A DNA stretch of 64,000 bases from an uncultured Pseudomonadota bacterium (GTDB taxonomy: Bacteria; Pseudomonadota; Gammaproteobacteria; Burkholderiales; SG8-39), in assembly GCA_937907425.1 (NCBI GenBank), contig CALCIE010000052.1, positions 1,063 through 65,062 on the forward strand, given 5' to 3'. Of the stretch, positions 52,660 through 64,000 are shown piece after piece (positions within the stretch are counted from its first letter, which is position 1; the number at the start of each line of letters is the position of its first letter). Made by a program: the position numbers and the translations under genes. The notes under the pieces were generated by a model. The model worked only from the letters and a program-made list of their open reading frames with translations, was not told where the DNA came from and did no database searches.

Positions 52660-54942
52660 ATGAGAAAAAAACTCGCTGCGGCACTGGTGGGTGCCCTGTT
52701 CGCGCATGCCGCGTACGCATTCGATCCGTTCGTGGTGCGCGACATCCGGGTGGAGGGGATACAGCGCATCGAAGCCGGTACGGTCTTCAGTTACCTCCCC
52801 GTGAGAGTCGGGGAGACGATGACCGAAGACAAGGCCCGCGAGGCGATTCGCGTGCTGTTCGGCACCGGCTTCTTCAAGGATGTGCGCATCGAAATCGACG
52901 GCGAAGTGCTCGTGGTGGTGGTGGAGGAGCGCCCCGCGATCGCGCAGATCGATTTCAGCGGCATGAAGGAATTCTCGCCGGAGGACGTCAAACTCGCCCT
53001 GCGCGAGAACAACATCGCCGAAGGCCGCATTTTCGACCGGGCGGTGATCGAAAAGGCCGAGCAGGAGATCAAGCGCCAGTACCTGACGCGCGGCCGCTAC
53101 GGCGTCAACATCCAGACCACAGTCACGCCGCTCGACCGCAACCGCGTCGCCATCAACTTCAGCGTCGACGAAGGCGAGGTGGCGAAGATCGCGCGCATCA
53201 ACATCGTCGGCAACCGCGCCTTCACCGAGGACGCGCTGCTCGATCTGTTCGTGCTCACGACGCCGGGCTGGTTCACCTGGTACACCAAGAACGACCAGTA
53301 TTCGCGGCAGAAACTCTCCGCCGACCTCGAGACGCTGCGTTCCTTCTATCTCGATCGCGGCTACCTCGACTTCAACATCGAATCGACGCAGGTGTCGATC
53401 ACGCCCGACAAGCGGCACATCTACATCACGGTCAACATTTCCGAGGGCGAGAAGTACACGGTCCGCGACGTCACGCTCTCGGGCGATTTCGTCGTGCCGA
53501 AGGAGGAGCTGGAAAAGCTCGTCCAGATCAAGCCCGGCGAAACCTTCTCGCGCAAGAAGCTGACGGACACCACCAAGGCGATCACCGACCGTCTCGGCAA
53601 CGACGGCTATGCCTTTGCCAACGCCAACGCGGTGCCGGACGTCAACAAGGAAGACCGCACGGTCGCCTTCAACATCATGATCGACCCGGGCCGGCGGGTG
53701 TACGTTCGGCGCATCGAGGTGGCGGGCAACACCCGCACCCGTGACGAGGTGATCCGCCGCGAGATGCGGCAGCTTGAAGGCGCTTACTACGACGCCCAGA
53801 AACTGCAGCTTTCACGCCAGCGCATCGACCGGCTCGATTACTTCACCGAGGTCAACGTCGATACCCATCCGGTAGCCGGCACGACCGATCAGGTGGACGT
53901 GACCTACAGCGTGGTCGAGAAACCCACCGGCGCGCTGATGCTGGGTGCCGGCTTCTCGAGCGCCGACGGCCTGGTGCTGCAGGGTTCGGTCTCGCAGCAG
54001 AACCTGTTCGGCACCGGCAACGCGGTGGAGATCAACCTGAACACCAGCAAGATCAACCGCAACATCGGCCTGTCGTTCACCAACCCGTATCTCACGGTGG
54101 ACGGCGTCAGCGGCGGTTTCGACATCTATGCGCGCCGCTACGACCCGCGCCGGCGCCTGAGCTTCGGACGTTACGCGACCGATACCATGGGCGTCGGCCT
54201 GCGCGCCGGGGTGCCGATCACCGAATTCGACCGCATCCATTTCGGCCTGGCGGTGGAACAGACCGAAATCGAGCTGTTCGACGACAGCCCGGACCGGTTC
54301 AAGGATTTCGTCGACACCGAAGGCGACAAGACGCTGGGCCTCATCGGCACCATCGGCTGGTCGCGCGACCGCCGCGACAGCGCGTTCTGGACCACCTCCG
54401 GGACGTATCAGCGCGCCTACATCGAATCGGGGTTGCCCGCGGCGGACCTGCAGTACTACAAGATCAACTACGAGCTGAGCTGGTATTTCCCGCTGTCGCG
54501 CGACCTCACCCTGAAGCTCAAGGGCGAGGCGGGCTACGCCGCGGGCTACGGCGGCGGCGAACTGCCGTTCTTCAAGGCCTTCTTCGGCGGCGGACCGAAT
54601 TCTGTCCGTGGGTTCGAACAGGGATCGCTCGGTCCGCGCGACGCCGACGGCGTGCTGGGCGGCTCACGCAAAGTCGTGGGCAACGCCGAGCTGCTGTTCC
54701 CGATGCCGGGCATGCGTCAAGACCGTTCGGTGCGGATGGGGGTATTCTTCGATGCCGGCCAGGTCTGGGACACCGGCAAGGGTAATACCTTGAGCGACTT
54801 GAAGTTGCGGTATTCTACGGGCGGGTTCGTGTCGTGGAATTCGCCCTTCGGTCCGCTGCAGCTCATCATCGCCTACCCGCTCAACGAGCAGCCTGGCGAC
54901 GACGTGCAGAAGTTCCAGTTCACGTTCGGACACGCGTTTTAG
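52660..54942 (+). CDS. bamA: Outer membrane protein assembly factor BamA
   Basis: Signal peptide, five POTRA-like repeats ([19 protein letters not shown]...), a C-terminal 16-strand barrel with 'VRGF', and terminal 'FQFTFGHAF'. Confidence 0.95.
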   Translation: MRKKLAAALVGALFAHAAYAFDPFVVRDIRVEGIQRIEAGTVFSYLPVRVGETMTEDKAREAIRVLFGTGFFKDVRIEIDGEVLVVVVEERPAIAQIDFSGMKEFSPEDVKLALRENNIAEGRIFDRAVIEKAEQEIKRQYLTRGRYGVNIQTTVTPLDRNRVAINFSVDEGEVAKIARINIVGNRAFTEDALLDLFVLTTPGWFTWYTKNDQYSRQKLSADLETLRSFYLDRGYLDFNIESTQVSITPDKRHIYITVNISEGEKYTVRDVTLSGDFVVPKEELEKLVQIKPGETFSRKKLTDTTKAITDRLGNDGYAFANANAVPDVNKEDRTVAFNIMIDPGRRVYVRRIEVAGNTRTRDEVIRREMRQLEGAYYDAQKLQLSRQRIDRLDYFTEVNVDTHPVAGTTDQVDVTYSVVEKPTGALMLGAGFSSADGLVLQGSVSQQNLFGTGNAVEINLNTSKINRNIGLSFTNPYLTVDGVSGGFDIYARRYDPRRRLSFGRYATDTMGVGLRAGVPITEFDRIHFGLAVEQTEIELFDDSPDRFKDFVDTEGDKTLGLIGTIGWSRDRRDSAFWTTSGTYQRAYIESGLPAADLQYYKINYELSWYFPLSRDLTLKLKGEAGYAAGYGGGELPFFKAFFGGGPNSVRGFEQGSLGPRDADGVLGGSRKVVGNAELLFPMPGMRQDRSVRMGVFFDAGQVWDTGKGNTLSDLKLRYSTGGFVSWNSPFGPLQLIIAYPLNEQPGDDVQKFQFTFGHAF

Positions 54943-54972
54943 GGACGCCATATCCATTACAGGATTTCAGAC

Positions 54973-55506
54973 ATGACGTTAACGACATTCCGCTGGCTGG
55001 CCCTGTGGCCGATGCTGCTGTTGGTTTTCCCGAGCTTCGCCCAGGAAGGCGCAAAGATCGGCTTCGTCAACCTCGACCGCATCTTGCGCGATGCCGTTCC
55101 CGCCCAACGTGCGCAAAAGCGCATCGAAGCGGAATTCAGCAAGCGCGATCAGGAACTGCAGCGCATGGCGGAGAGCATCAAGAAGCTGCAGGAATCGCTC
55201 GAGCGCAACGCCATGACCATGCCGGACAGCGAGCGCAGCAAGCGCGAGCGCGAGCTGGCCGAAGCGAGCCGCGAATTCCAGCGCAAGCAGCGCGAGTTCC
55301 GCGAGGATCTCAATGCGCGCCGCAACGAGGAGCTGGCCGGGATTCTCGAGCGCGCCAACCGCGCGGTGAAGCAGATCGCCGAGGCGGAGAAATTCGACAT
55401 CATCTTCCAGGAAGCGGTGTACGTGAGTCCGCGCATCGACATCACCGACAAAGTGATCAAGGCGCTGGATGACGGCAAACCTGCCGACAGCAAGCCCGCC
55501 AAATAA
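54973..55506 (+). CDS. skp: Periplasmic chaperone Skp (OmpH)
   Basis: Signal peptide followed by 'KIGFVNLDRIL...' and a coiled, Lys/Glu/Arg-rich body. Conserved bamA-skp-lpxD position. Confidence 0.88.
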   Translation: MTLTTFRWLALWPMLLLVFPSFAQEGAKIGFVNLDRILRDAVPAQRAQKRIEAEFSKRDQELQRMAESIKKLQESLERNAMTMPDSERSKRERELAEASREFQRKQREFREDLNARRNEELAGILERANRAVKQIAEAEKFDIIFQEAVYVSPRIDITDKVIKALDDGKPADSKPAK

Positions 55507-55514
55507 GGCTGCCC

Positions 55515-56555
55515 ATGCAAGCGCGTAGCGTGCGGCTGGCGGACATCGCCGCGCAGCTCGGCGGCGAAGTGGTGGGCGACCCGGAAACGCGGGTCTCGCA
55601 GGTGGCGACCCTGAAGAGCGCCGGTCCCGAGCACATCAGCTTCTTCGCACAGGGCAGATACCGCGAGGAACTGCAGGCCACGCGCGCCGGCGCGGTGATC
55701 GTGAGCGCGGAAGAGCGCGACGCCACCACGCTGCCGCGCATCGTCTGCGCCGATCCTTATCTCTATTTCGCCCAGGTTTCGCGGCTGCTCAATCCGCCCG
55801 CGCCGGTGCAGCCGGGCGTGCATCCGAGCGCGGTCATCGATGCCAGCGCCTTCATCGACCCGACGGCGCACATCGGTCCCGGTTGCGTGATCGAGGCGGG
55901 CGCGAACATCGGCCCGGGCGTGGCGGTCGGCGCCGGCTGCATTGTCGGCGCGCGCAGCACCATCGGGGAGGGCAGCCGGCTCTATCCGCGCGTGACAATC
56001 TACGCCGATTGCGTGATCGGGCGCCGGGCGATCATCCATTCCGGCGCGGTGATCGGCGCCGACGGTTTCGGTTTCGCCCAGCAGCAGGGCCGCTGGCTGA
56101 AGATTCCGCAGATCGGGCGCGTCGTCATCGGCGACGACGTGGAAATCGGCGCCAACACCACCATCGACCGCGGCGCGCTCGACGACACGGTGATCGAGGA
56201 GGGCGTCAAACTCGACAACCAGATCCAGATCGGTCACAACTGCCGCATCGGCGCGCACACGGCCATCGCCGGCTGCGCCGGCATCGCCGGCAGCACGACG
56301 ATCGGACGACATTGCATGATCGGTGGCGCCGCGATGATCGGTGGCCACCTGCACATCGCCGACCGGGTCGTCATCTCCGGCGGCACCTGGGTGACCCGTT
56401 CCATCGAGGAACCGGGCATGTATCTGAGCGTGATTCCCGCGACGCCGGCGCGCGAATGGCGGCGTACCGTTGCGCTGCTGCGCGGACTGGACAAGCTGTA
56501 CGAGCGCGTACGCCGCTCGGGTCGCGGCAAGACGGGCACGGAGAACGAAGAATGA
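55515..56555 (+). CDS. lpxD: UDP-3-O-(3-hydroxyacyl)glucosamine N-acyltransferase
   Basis: N-terminal uridine-binding domain ([15 protein letters not shown]), long hexapeptide-repeat beta-helix, and 'GADGFGF'. Confidence 0.92.
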   Translation: MQARSVRLADIAAQLGGEVVGDPETRVSQVATLKSAGPEHISFFAQGRYREELQATRAGAVIVSAEERDATTLPRIVCADPYLYFAQVSRLLNPPAPVQPGVHPSAVIDASAFIDPTAHIGPGCVIEAGANIGPGVAVGAGCIVGARSTIGEGSRLYPRVTIYADCVIGRRAIIHSGAVIGADGFGFAQQQGRWLKIPQIGRVVIGDDVEIGANTTIDRGALDDTVIEEGVKLDNQIQIGHNCRIGAHTAIAGCAGIAGSTTIGRHCMIGGAAMIGGHLHIADRVVISGGTWVTRSIEEPGMYLSVIPATPAREWRRTVALLRGLDKLYERVRRSGRGKTGTENEE

Positions 56556-56995
56556 GCAGCATGGATATCAACGAAATTCAGCAGTACCTTCCCCACCGCT
56601 ATCCCTTCCTGCTGGTGGACCGGGTACTGGAATGCGTGCCCGGCGAGCGCATCGTCGCCGTCAAGAACGTCACCTTCAACGAGCCGTTCTTTCCCGGCCA
56701 TTTCCCCAAACTGCCGATCATGCCCGGCGTGCTGATCATCGAGGCGATGGCGCAGGCTGCCGCGATCCTCGCGTTCAAGACCGCCGGCCGCGTGCCGAGC
56801 GAAAACTCGCTGGTGTATTTCCTCGGCATCGACGAGGCGCGCTTCAAGAGCCCGGTGACGCCCGGCGATCAGCTCCGCATCACCGCGCGCCCGGTGCGCA
56901 CCATCAAGAACGTGTGGACGTTCGAGGCGGAGGCGACCGTCGACGGCAAGCTCGCCGCGGAAGCGAAGATGATGTGCACCATGCGTGAGGGTTGA
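56552..56995 (+). CDS. fabZ: 3-hydroxyacyl-ACP dehydratase FabZ
   Basis: '[13 protein letters not shown]', '[21 protein letters not shown]'. The ATG overlaps the lpxD stop. Confidence 0.93.
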   Translation: MSSMDINEIQQYLPHRYPFLLVDRVLECVPGERIVAVKNVTFNEPFFPGHFPKLPIMPGVLIIEAMAQAAAILAFKTAGRVPSENSLVYFLGIDEARFKSPVTPGDQLRITARPVRTIKNVWTFEAEATVDGKLAAEAKMMCTMREG

Positions 56996-57021
56996 TGCCG
57001 ACCGACGAGCCGCGCACGAAC

Positions 57022-57792
57022 ATGATTCATCCCACCGCCATCGTTCATCCCAAAGCCAAAATCGGCGCCAACGTCAGCATCGGGGCCTACACCATCGTCG
57101 GCGAGCACGTCGAGATCGGCGACAACACCTGGGTCGGTCCGCACGTCGTGCTGGAGGGCCATCTGCGCATCGGCCGCGACAACCGCATCTTCCAGTTCTG
57201 CTCGCTCGGCGGCGAACCGCAGGACAAGAAGTACAGCGGCGAACCCACGCGCGTCGAGATCGGCGATCGCAACACCATCCGCGAATACTGCACCATCAAC
57301 GCCGGCACCGCGCAGGACGCGGGCGTGACGCGCATCGGCAACGACAACTGGATCATGGGCTATGTGCACATCGCCCACGATTGCCAGGTCGGCAACAACA
57401 CCATTTTCGCCAGCAACGCGCAGATCGCCGGGCATTGCCACGTGGGCGACTGGGCGATCCTCGGCGGCATGACCGGTGTGCACCAGTTCGTGAAGATCGG
57501 CGCGCATGCCATGACCGGCGGGGGCACCATCCTGTTCCAGGACCTGCCGCCCTATGTCATGGCCTCGGGCAATCCGGCCAAGACCTACGGCATCAACACC
57601 GAAGGCTTGCGGCGGCGCGGCTTCAGTAACGAGGCGATCGCCGCGTTGCGGCGCGCCTACAAGACGATCTACCGCAGCAACCTCACGCTGACCGAGGCGA
57701 TCGAGCAGCTCGCGCAGCAGCAGGACGAGTGGCCGGAGCTGAAGATCCTGGTCGATTTCCTGCGTGAGGCGAAGCGCGGCATCCTGCGCTAG
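57022..57792 (+). CDS. lpxA: Acyl-ACP--UDP-N-acetylglucosamine O-acyltransferase
   Basis: '[13 protein letters not shown]', hexapeptide repeats, 'GLRRRGFS'. The start could instead be ATG 56995 (TGATG overlap with fabZ). Confidence 0.9.
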   Translation: MIHPTAIVHPKAKIGANVSIGAYTIVGEHVEIGDNTWVGPHVVLEGHLRIGRDNRIFQFCSLGGEPQDKKYSGEPTRVEIGDRNTIREYCTINAGTAQDAGVTRIGNDNWIMGYVHIAHDCQVGNNTIFASNAQIAGHCHVGDWAILGGMTGVHQFVKIGAHAMTGGGTILFQDLPPYVMASGNPAKTYGINTEGLRRRGFSNEAIAALRRAYKTIYRSNLTLTEAIEQLAQQQDEWPELKILVDFLREAKRGILR

Positions 57793-57815
57793 CGGGCCGC
57801 AACGGCGGGGAAGCG

Positions 57816-58985
57816 ATGAACGCGACTCCGGTTCGTATCGTGATGGTCGCCGGCGAGGCTTCCGGCGACCTGCTCGGCAGCCACGTCATCGCCGCGCTCA
57901 AGGAACGCTATCCCCAGGCCGAGTTCTTCGGCATCGGCGGGCCGAAGATGATCGGTCAGGGCTTCGACTCCTGGGTGCCGCAGGAACGGCTGGCTGTGCA
58001 CGGGCTGGTGGAGGTGCTGAAGCATCTGCCCGGCCTCGTCGCCTTGCGGCGCGAGCTCGTGCGCCGCATCGCCGCGCGGCGGCCGCATCTCTTTCTCGGT
58101 ATCGACTCCCCGGACTTCAACCTCGGCCTGGAGAAACAGCTGAGGCGGCGCGGCATCACCACCGCGCATCTCGTCAGCCCCACGGTCTGGGCCTGGCGCG
58201 CCGGACGCATCAAGACCATCCGCGAAGCCGTCTCGCACATGCTGGTGCTGCTGCCCTTCGAGGAGCAGATCTATCGGGACGCCGGCGTGCCGGTGACCTT
58301 CATCGGCCATCCGCTCGCCGACGAAATCCCGGAAGTCATCGACCGCGAGGCGCTGCTGGAGTATCTGCGCCTTTCGAACAAGGGCGCGATCGTCACGCTG
58401 CTGCCCGGCAGCCGGCAGCAGGAAGTGCTCAACCATGCCGAGCCCTTCATCGGGGCGGCCAAGCTGATCCGGCAGAAGCTGGGCAACGTGCAGTTCCTCG
58501 TGCCCTGCGCCACGCGCGAGACCTACCGGCTGTTCGAGGAGGCGCTGTACCGGCACAATGACGGCGAACTGCCCGTGCGCATGATGTTCGGCCACGCGCA
58601 GGAGGCGCTCGCGGCGAGCGATTTCGCCATCGCGGCGAGCGGCACGGTGACGCTGGAGGCGGCGCTGCTGCGCTGTCCCATGGTGATCGCCTACCGCATG
58701 GCGCCGCTTTCCTTCGCCATCGCCAAGCGGCTGGTGCGTGTGAAGTACGTCGGGTTGCCGAACATTCTCTGCGACGACTGGGTGGTGCCCGAACTGCTGC
58801 AGGACGACGTGACGCCGGAGAATCTCGCGCAGGCCGCGCTCAATCTCTACAACGACAAGCAGGCGCTGCAGGCCGTCCGCGAACGCTTCGCCGCGCTGCA
58901 CACCCTCATGCGGCGCGGCGCGGCCGAACGGGCCGCCGAGGCGCTCGCGCCGCTCATCGACCGGGCGGCGGAGGCTGCGGCATGA
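57816..58985 (+). CDS. lpxB: Lipid-A-disaccharide synthase
   Basis: '[13 protein letters not shown]', 'GIDSPDFNL', 'LLPGSR..E', '[11 protein letters not shown]'. Confidence 0.92.
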   Translation: MNATPVRIVMVAGEASGDLLGSHVIAALKERYPQAEFFGIGGPKMIGQGFDSWVPQERLAVHGLVEVLKHLPGLVALRRELVRRIAARRPHLFLGIDSPDFNLGLEKQLRRRGITTAHLVSPTVWAWRAGRIKTIREAVSHMLVLLPFEEQIYRDAGVPVTFIGHPLADEIPEVIDREALLEYLRLSNKGAIVTLLPGSRQQEVLNHAEPFIGAAKLIRQKLGNVQFLVPCATRETYRLFEEALYRHNDGELPVRMMFGHAQEALAASDFAIAASGTVTLEAALLRCPMVIAYRMAPLSFAIAKRLVRVKYVGLPNILCDDWVVPELLQDDVTPENLAQAALNLYNDKQALQAVRERFAALHTLMRRGAAERAAEALAPLIDRAAEAAA

Positions 58986-59581
58986 GCGCCGTCGAGCTCG
59001 TCTGCGGCGTGGACGAAGCGGGCAGGGGGCCGCTCGCAGGCCCGGTCTACGCGGCTGCGGTGATCCTCGATCCGGCCCGGCGTATCAACGGCATCGACGA
59101 TTCCAAGCAGTTGACCGAACGCGAGCGCGAGAAGCTCGCGGCTCGCATCAAGGAACGCGCCCTCGCCTGGGCGGTGGCCTCCGCGACGGTGGAGGAGATC
59201 GACCGCCTCAACATCTACTGGGCGACGATGCTGGCCATGCAGCGCGCGGTGCAGGCGCTTCGCGTGGCGCCGCACGAAGTGCTGGTCGACGGCAACCGCT
59301 GTCCCAAACTCAGCTATCCCGTGCGCGCCATCGTCGGCGGCGACGCCAAGGTGCGCTGCATCGCCGCGGCCTCGATCCTCGCCAAGACCACGCGCGATGC
59401 CGAAATGCTGCAGTGGCACGAGCGCTATCCGCATTACGGGTTCGCGCAGCACAAGGGCTACGCGACGCCCGAGCATCTCGAATTGCTGCGGCGTTACGGA
59501 CCGTGCGAGCTGCACCGGCGCAGCTTCGCGCCGGTGCGCGTACTCTGCGGCGAGGAGCCGCAACAGGTCGAGCTCTTCTGA
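58982..59581 (+). CDS. rnhB: Ribonuclease HII
   Basis: '[14 protein letters not shown]', 'DDSKQL', 'GGDAK...IAAASILAK', 'GY.T..H'. Confidence 0.92.
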   Translation: MSAVELVCGVDEAGRGPLAGPVYAAAVILDPARRINGIDDSKQLTEREREKLAARIKERALAWAVASATVEEIDRLNIYWATMLAMQRAVQALRVAPHEVLVDGNRCPKLSYPVRAIVGGDAKVRCIAAASILAKTTRDAEMLQWHERYPHYGFAQHKGYATPEHLELLRRYGPCELHRRSFAPVRVLCGEEPQQVELF

Positions 59582-59584
59582 AGC

Positions 59585-60367
59585 ATGGCGCTGAAATACA
59601 TCCAGTCGCGCGACAACCCGCTGTTCAAGACGCTCGTCAAGCTGAGCAATTCCGCGCGCGAGCGCCGCGCGAGCCGCCAGGCTTTGCTCGACGGGCCGCA
59701 TCTCATCGAGGCCTATGCCGCAAGCGGCGGCGTGGCGAGCGCGCTGATCGCCAGCGAAAGCGGGCTGCGCAAACCGGAGATCGCGCGGCTGTTCGAAGGC
59801 ACGCCGGCCGAGTCCAAAGTCGTGTTCGCCGACCGGCTGTTCGAGCACATCGCCTTCGTCGTCACGCCGGCCGGTATCCTGGCGCTCATTCCCACGCAGG
59901 AGCCCGAGGGCGCGCCGCCCGCGAACGAACATTGCGTGCTCCTGGAAAACCTGCAGGACGCAGGCAACGTCGGCTCGATCCTGCGCACCGCCGCGGCGGC
60001 GGGCGTGCGCAACGTCTGCCTGTCGAAGGGCTGCGCCTTCGTCTGGTCGGCCAAGGTGCTGCGCGCCGGCATGGGCGCGCATTTCCGTCTGCGCCTCTAC
60101 GACGAGGCGGATCTGAACGAGGTCGCGCGACGCTTCCAGGGCATGGTGGTGGTCACCGATGTGAAGGCCGAGCGCAGTCTCTACGACCTCGATCTGCGCC
60201 AGCCGACGGCCTGGATTTTCGGCAACGAAGGCGCGGGTGTGAGCCCGGAGCTTGCCACGCATGCCACCGCGCGCGTGCGCATCCCCATGCCGGGCGGAAC
60301 CGAATCGCTCAACGTCGCCGCCGCGGCGGCCATCTGCCTGTACGAACAGGTGCGGCAGCGTCAGTAG
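59585..60367 (+). CDS. TrmH/SpoU-family RNA 2'-O-methyltransferase
   Basis: 'LENLQDAGNVGSILRTAAAAG', 'IFGNEGAGVS' and 'IPM.G..ESLNVAAAAAI' are SpoU motifs. Confidence 0.85.
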   Translation: MALKYIQSRDNPLFKTLVKLSNSARERRASRQALLDGPHLIEAYAASGGVASALIASESGLRKPEIARLFEGTPAESKVVFADRLFEHIAFVVTPAGILALIPTQEPEGAPPANEHCVLLENLQDAGNVGSILRTAAAAGVRNVCLSKGCAFVWSAKVLRAGMGAHFRLRLYDEADLNEVARRFQGMVVVTDVKAERSLYDLDLRQPTAWIFGNEGAGVSPELATHATARVRIPMPGGTESLNVAAAAAICLYEQVRQRQ

Positions 60368-61182
60368 ACGCGCCGCTCCAGCTTCGCGTCCTCCAGGATC
60401 TTGGTGGCGATCTCCTCGACGGAGCGCGCGGTCGAATTGAGCCAGCGCACGCCGTATTTCTGCATCAGCCGCTCGGCCTGGGCCACCTCGTAGCGGCAGT
60501 TCTCCAGATCGGCATAGCGGCTGCCCGGCCGCCGTTCGTTGCGGATGCGCGCGAGGCGCTCCGGGTCGATGCTCAGCCCGTAGAGCTTGCCCAGATGCGG
60601 TTCGAGGCACGGCGGCAGCGTGCCGCGCTCGAAGTCCTCGGGCACGAGCGGGTAGTTCGCCGCCTTGACGCCCATCTGCATGGCCATGTAGAGGCAGGTC
60701 GGCGTCTTGCCACTGCGGGAGACGCCGATCAGGATCACGTCCGCGTCCTCCAGCCCGCGTGCTTCCTGGCCGTCGTCGTAGGCCAGCGCGAAGTTCACCG
60801 CCTCGATGCGCGCCTGGTAGTCCGGCGTGTCGCCCATGCTGTGGGAACGGCCGACGGTGTGCGAGGAGCGCATGCCCAGCTCGGCCTCCAGCGGACTGAG
60901 GAAGCTCTCGAAGAAATCGAACACCAGTGCGTCGGCCCGGCCGATCACGGCGCGCACCCCGGCCTTGAGCAGGGTGCTGAACACCACCGGCCGGACGCCG
61001 TATTCCCGTTTCGCGGCCTCGAAGCGCTGCAGGCACTCCTCGGCCTTTTCCTCCGAATCCACGAAGGGAATGACCGTCTGCTTGAAATCGAGGCCCTCGA
61101 ACTGGGTCAGCAGGCTGCGGCCCAGGGTCTCGGCGGTGATGCCGGTGCCGTCCGAGACGAAGAAGACGGGGCGGATTGACAT
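60361..61182 (-). CDS. ppsR: PEP synthase regulatory protein (pyruvate, water dikinase kinase/phosphorylase)
   Basis: '[16 protein letters not shown]', P-loop '[10 protein letters not shown]', 'ERRPGSRYA'. Divergent from ppsA, as is typical. Confidence 0.9.
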   Translation of the reverse strand: MSIRPVFFVSDGTGITAETLGRSLLTQFEGLDFKQTVIPFVDSEEKAEECLQRFEAAKREYGVRPVVFSTLLKAGVRAVIGRADALVFDFFESFLSPLEAELGMRSSHTVGRSHSMGDTPDYQARIEAVNFALAYDDGQEARGLEDADVILIGVSRSGKTPTCLYMAMQMGVKAANYPLVPEDFERGTLPPCLEPHLGKLYGLSIDPERLARIRNERRPGSRYADLENCRYEVAQAERLMQKYGVRWLNSTARSVEEIATKILEDAKLERRVY

Positions 61183-61253
61183 GTGTTTCGTGGTCGGCGG
61201 GCGGAGCGGGTACCATAGCGGACATCCACAATGCAGGGCAACCGGAGGCCGAC

Positions 61254-63620
61254 ATGAAGGACGCGTATGTGGTGGGTTTCGAAAGCCTGGGCATGACGGA
61301 TGTCGAGCGGGTGGGCGGCAAGAACGCCTCGCTCGGCGAAATGATCCGGCAGCTCTCGCGATCGGGCATCCGCGTCCCCGGCGGGTTCGCCACCACGGCC
61401 CAGGCCTACCGCGACTTCCTGCGCGAAGCCGGGCTCACCGAGCGCATCAACGCGCGGCTCAAGGCGCTCGACCCGGACGACGTCACGGCCCTGGCGGCTT
61501 GCGGCGCCGAGATCCGCCAATGGATCATGGACGCGCCGCTTCCCGAGCGGCTGCAGGCGGAACTGCGCGCCGCCTACGACAAGCTGATGGCCGACGGCGA
61601 ACATCCGGTCGCGGTGCGCTCCAGCGCCACCGCCGAAGACCTGCCCGACGCCTCTTTCGCCGGGCAGCAGGAGACCTTTCTCAACATCCGCGGCTTTCCC
61701 GCCGTGGTCGAGGCGATCAAGCACGTCTTCGCCTCCCTCTACAACGACCGCGCGATCTCCTACCGCGTGCACAAGGGTTTCGAGCACGAGGCGGTGGCCT
61801 TGTCCGCGGGCGTGCAGCGCATGGTGCGCAGCGATCTGGGTGCAAGCGGGGTGATGTTCACCCTCGACACCGAATCGGGCTTCGAGGACGTCGTCTTCAT
61901 CACCGCGTCCTACGGCCTGGGCGAGACGGTGGTGCAGGGTGCGGTCAACCCGGACGAGTTCTACGTCCACAAGCCCATGCTCGCGCAAGGGCGGCCCGCG
62001 ATCCTGCGCCGCAGCCTCGGTTCCAAGCGCATCAAGATGGTGTTCGGCGAGCGCGGGGAGGCGGGGCGTTCGACCACGACGCTCGACGTGCCCGCCGAGG
62101 ACCGCAACCGCTTCTGCATCAGCGACGAGGAAGTGCTGGAACTGGCGCGCTATGCCGTGGCCATCGAGAAGCATTACGGCCGGCCGATGGACATCGAATG
62201 GGGCAAGGACGGCGAGGACGGCCGCATCTACATCCTGCAGGCGCGGCCCGAGACGGTGAAATCGCAGAAGCGCCACGACGTGCAGGAACGCTACCGGGTC
62301 AAGGGGCGCTCGAAAGTGCTGGTCACCGGCCGCGCCATCGGCAGCAAAGTGGGCACGGGGACTGTGCGCCTGGTGAGCGACGCCTCCCAGATGGCGCGCG
62401 TGCAGCCGGGCGACGTGCTGGTGACCGACATGACCGATCCCAACTGGGAGCCGGTGATGAAGCGCGCCTCGGCCATCGTCACCAACCGCGGCGGCCGTAC
62501 CTGTCACGCGGCCATCATCGCGCGCGAGCTCGGCATTCCCGCAGTGGTGGGCTGCGGTAACGCCACCGAGAAGCTGCGCGACGGCATGGAGGTGACGGTC
62601 TCCTGCGCCGAAGGCGACACCGGCAAGGTCTATGAAGGCATCCTCGGCGTGGAAGTGGTGAAGCAGTCGCTCGGCGACCTGCCGGAGATTCCGGTGAAGA
62701 TCACCATGAACGTCGGCAACCCGCAGCTCGCCTTCGATCTGGCCTCGCTGCCGAGCGCCGGCGTGGGCCTCGCGCGCCTGGAGTTCGTCATCAACAACAT
62801 GATCGGCGTGCATCCCAAGGCCGCGCTCGAATATCCCGATCTGCCGGCAGACCTCAAGCGCGCGGTGGAGGAGGCCTCGCGCGGCTACGCTTCACCGCGG
62901 GCCTTTTTCGTCGAACGGCTCGCCGAAGGAGTGGCGACCATCGCCGCTGCCTTCTGGCCGCGGCAGGTCATCGTGCGGCTGTCGGACTTCAAGTCGAACG
63001 AATACCGCAAGCTGATCGGCGGCAGCCGCTACGAGCCCGAGGAAGAGAACCCCATGCTCGGCTTCCGCGGCGCGGCGCGCTACATCGATCCGTCGTTCCG
63101 GGAGTGCTTCGCGATGGAATGCGAGGCGCTGAAGAAAGTGCGCGACACGCTGGGCCTGACCAACGTCGAGATCATGGTGCCCTTCGTGCGTACCCTGGAA
63201 GAAGCCAAGGCCGTGACCGAGCTGCTCGCCGGGCACGGCCTGAAGCGGAGCGAAAACGGGCTGCGCATCGTCATGATGTGCGAAGTGCCATCGAACGCCG
63301 TTCTGGCTGAACAGTTCCTGGAGTATTTCGACGGCTTCTCGATCGGCTCGAACGACCTCACCCAGCTCACGCTGGGCGTGGACCGCGATTCCGGTCTCGT
63401 CGCGTCGTCCTTCAACGAACGCGATCCGGCGGTACTGGAGCTCATCCGCCGCGCGATCCAGGCCTGCCGCAAGCAGAACAAGTACGTCGGCATCTGCGGG
63501 CAGGGGCCGTCCGACTATCCGGACTTCGCGCGCTGGCTGGCCAAGGAGGGCATCACCAGCCTTTCGCTCAACCCGGACACGGTGGTCGACACCTGGCTGG
63601 AGCTTGCGAAAGGCTCTTGA
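61254..63620 (+). CDS. ppsA: Phosphoenolpyruvate synthase
   Basis: '[11 protein letters not shown]', '[13 protein letters not shown]', phospho-His loop '[24 protein letters not shown]' and 'GSNDLTQ'. ATG 61254 has CGGAGG upstream. Confidence 0.93.
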   Translation: MKDAYVVGFESLGMTDVERVGGKNASLGEMIRQLSRSGIRVPGGFATTAQAYRDFLREAGLTERINARLKALDPDDVTALAACGAEIRQWIMDAPLPERLQAELRAAYDKLMADGEHPVAVRSSATAEDLPDASFAGQQETFLNIRGFPAVVEAIKHVFASLYNDRAISYRVHKGFEHEAVALSAGVQRMVRSDLGASGVMFTLDTESGFEDVVFITASYGLGETVVQGAVNPDEFYVHKPMLAQGRPAILRRSLGSKRIKMVFGERGEAGRSTTTLDVPAEDRNRFCISDEEVLELARYAVAIEKHYGRPMDIEWGKDGEDGRIYILQARPETVKSQKRHDVQERYRVKGRSKVLVTGRAIGSKVGTGTVRLVSDASQMARVQPGDVLVTDMTDPNWEPVMKRASAIVTNRGGRTCHAAIIARELGIPAVVGCGNATEKLRDGMEVTVSCAEGDTGKVYEGILGVEVVKQSLGDLPEIPVKITMNVGNPQLAFDLASLPSAGVGLARLEFVINNMIGVHPKAALEYPDLPADLKRAVEEASRGYASPRAFFVERLAEGVATIAAAFWPRQVIVRLSDFKSNEYRKLIGGSRYEPEEENPMLGFRGAARYIDPSFRECFAMECEALKKVRDTLGLTNVEIMVPFVRTLEEAKAVTELLAGHGLKRSENGLRIVMMCEVPSNAVLAEQFLEYFDGFSIGSNDLTQLTLGVDRDSGLVASSFNERDPAVLELIRRAIQACRKQNKYVGICGQGPSDYPDFARWLAKEGITSLSLNPDTVVDTWLELAKGS

Positions 63621-63639
63621 ACCTCGGTGAACCGGCGCC

Positions 63640-64000
63640 TCAGCGCTTGGCGCGCAGGAGGCGCTGCTTCTCGCGCTGCCACTCGCGCTCTTTCTCGGCC
63701 TGGCGCTTGTCGTACTGCTTCTTGCCCTTGGCGAGGCCGATCTCGACCTTGATGCGGCCGCGGCTGTAGTGCATGTTGAGCGGCACGAGGGTGTAGCCGG
63801 CGCGCTCCACCTTGCCGATCAGCTTGCGGATCTCCTCGGCGTGCAGCAGCAGCTTGCGCGTGCGGGTGGGGTCGGGCTTGACGTGCGTGGACGCCGAGCC
63901 GAGCGGGCTGATGTGCGCGCCGATGAGATAGATCTCGCCGTTGCGGATGACGACGTAGGCTTCCTTGAGCTGCACGCGCCCGGCGCGGATCGCCTTCACC
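63640..64000 (-). CDS. smpB: SsrA-binding protein SmpB (5' end beyond the window)
   Basis: 'GAHISP', '[15 protein letters not shown]', 'GYTLVPL..Y...[15 protein letters not shown]'. The frame is open to the window edge. Confidence 0.9.
   Translation of the reverse strand, partial: VKAIRAGRVQLKEAYVVIRNGEIYLIGAHISPLGSASTHVKPDPTRTRKLLLHAEEIRKLIGKVERAGYTLVPLNMHYSRGRIKVEIGLAKGKKQYDKRQAEKEREWQREKQRLLRAKR

Noticed and set aside
55883-56551. N-terminal 223-aa extension of the fabZ track ORF. Similar extensions: dxr (49777), rpsB (45094), frr (47732), def (40921), hpt (39309), ppsA (61176), map and dapD
   Set aside because: The extensions overlap the preceding gene out of frame and are Arg-rich. Conserved N-termini and RBS/ATGA coupling point to the internal starts listed in the features.

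Overview
High-GC (about two-thirds G+C) proteobacterial chromosome, probably a betaproteobacterium judging by gene order and the DapC-type succinylase lysine pathway. The right two-thirds (25.4-64 kb) is conserved housekeeping. It contains prmB-dapE-arsC-like-pilU-dapD-dapC-queF, smc-zipA-ligA-galU-hpt-MTI/MTA phosphorylase-def, and glnD-map. It also contains the canonical rpsB-tsf-pyrH-frr-uppS-cdsA-dxr-rseP-bamA-skp-lpxD-fabZ-lpxA-lpxB-rnhB block, then a TrmH-family methyltransferase, ppsR/ppsA and smpB. A tRNA-Pro/Arg/His cluster sits at 25.07-25.36 kb. The left third is accessory-like and holds the two most interesting regions. (1) At 2.3-12.2 kb is a tightly packed, co-directional exopolysaccharide locus: a WecB epimerase, an NfrB-like GT2 synthase with tandem MshEN (c-di-GMP-binding type) motifs, a small Pro/Lys-rich exported protein, an exported DUF2334-type deacetylase, an NfrA-like TPR/beta-barrel outer-membrane protein and a YbcH/DUF4434-like protein. 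It reads as an expanded, self-contained Nfr-type secretion system. (2) At 15.3-24.5 kb, next to the tRNA cluster, is a lipid/glycolipid-modification block. It holds a PagL-like deacylase, a PhyH-like dioxygenase, a GHSVG membrane protein translationally coupled to a cytochrome P450, a small membrane protein, a ParB/Srx-like ORF and an orphan kpsS-kpsC pair with no capsule exporter in view. No CRISPR array, transposase or integrase was seen. Many very long off-frame or antisense ORFs in the track are high-GC artefacts. All family assignments are from reading motifs by eye; no searches were run.
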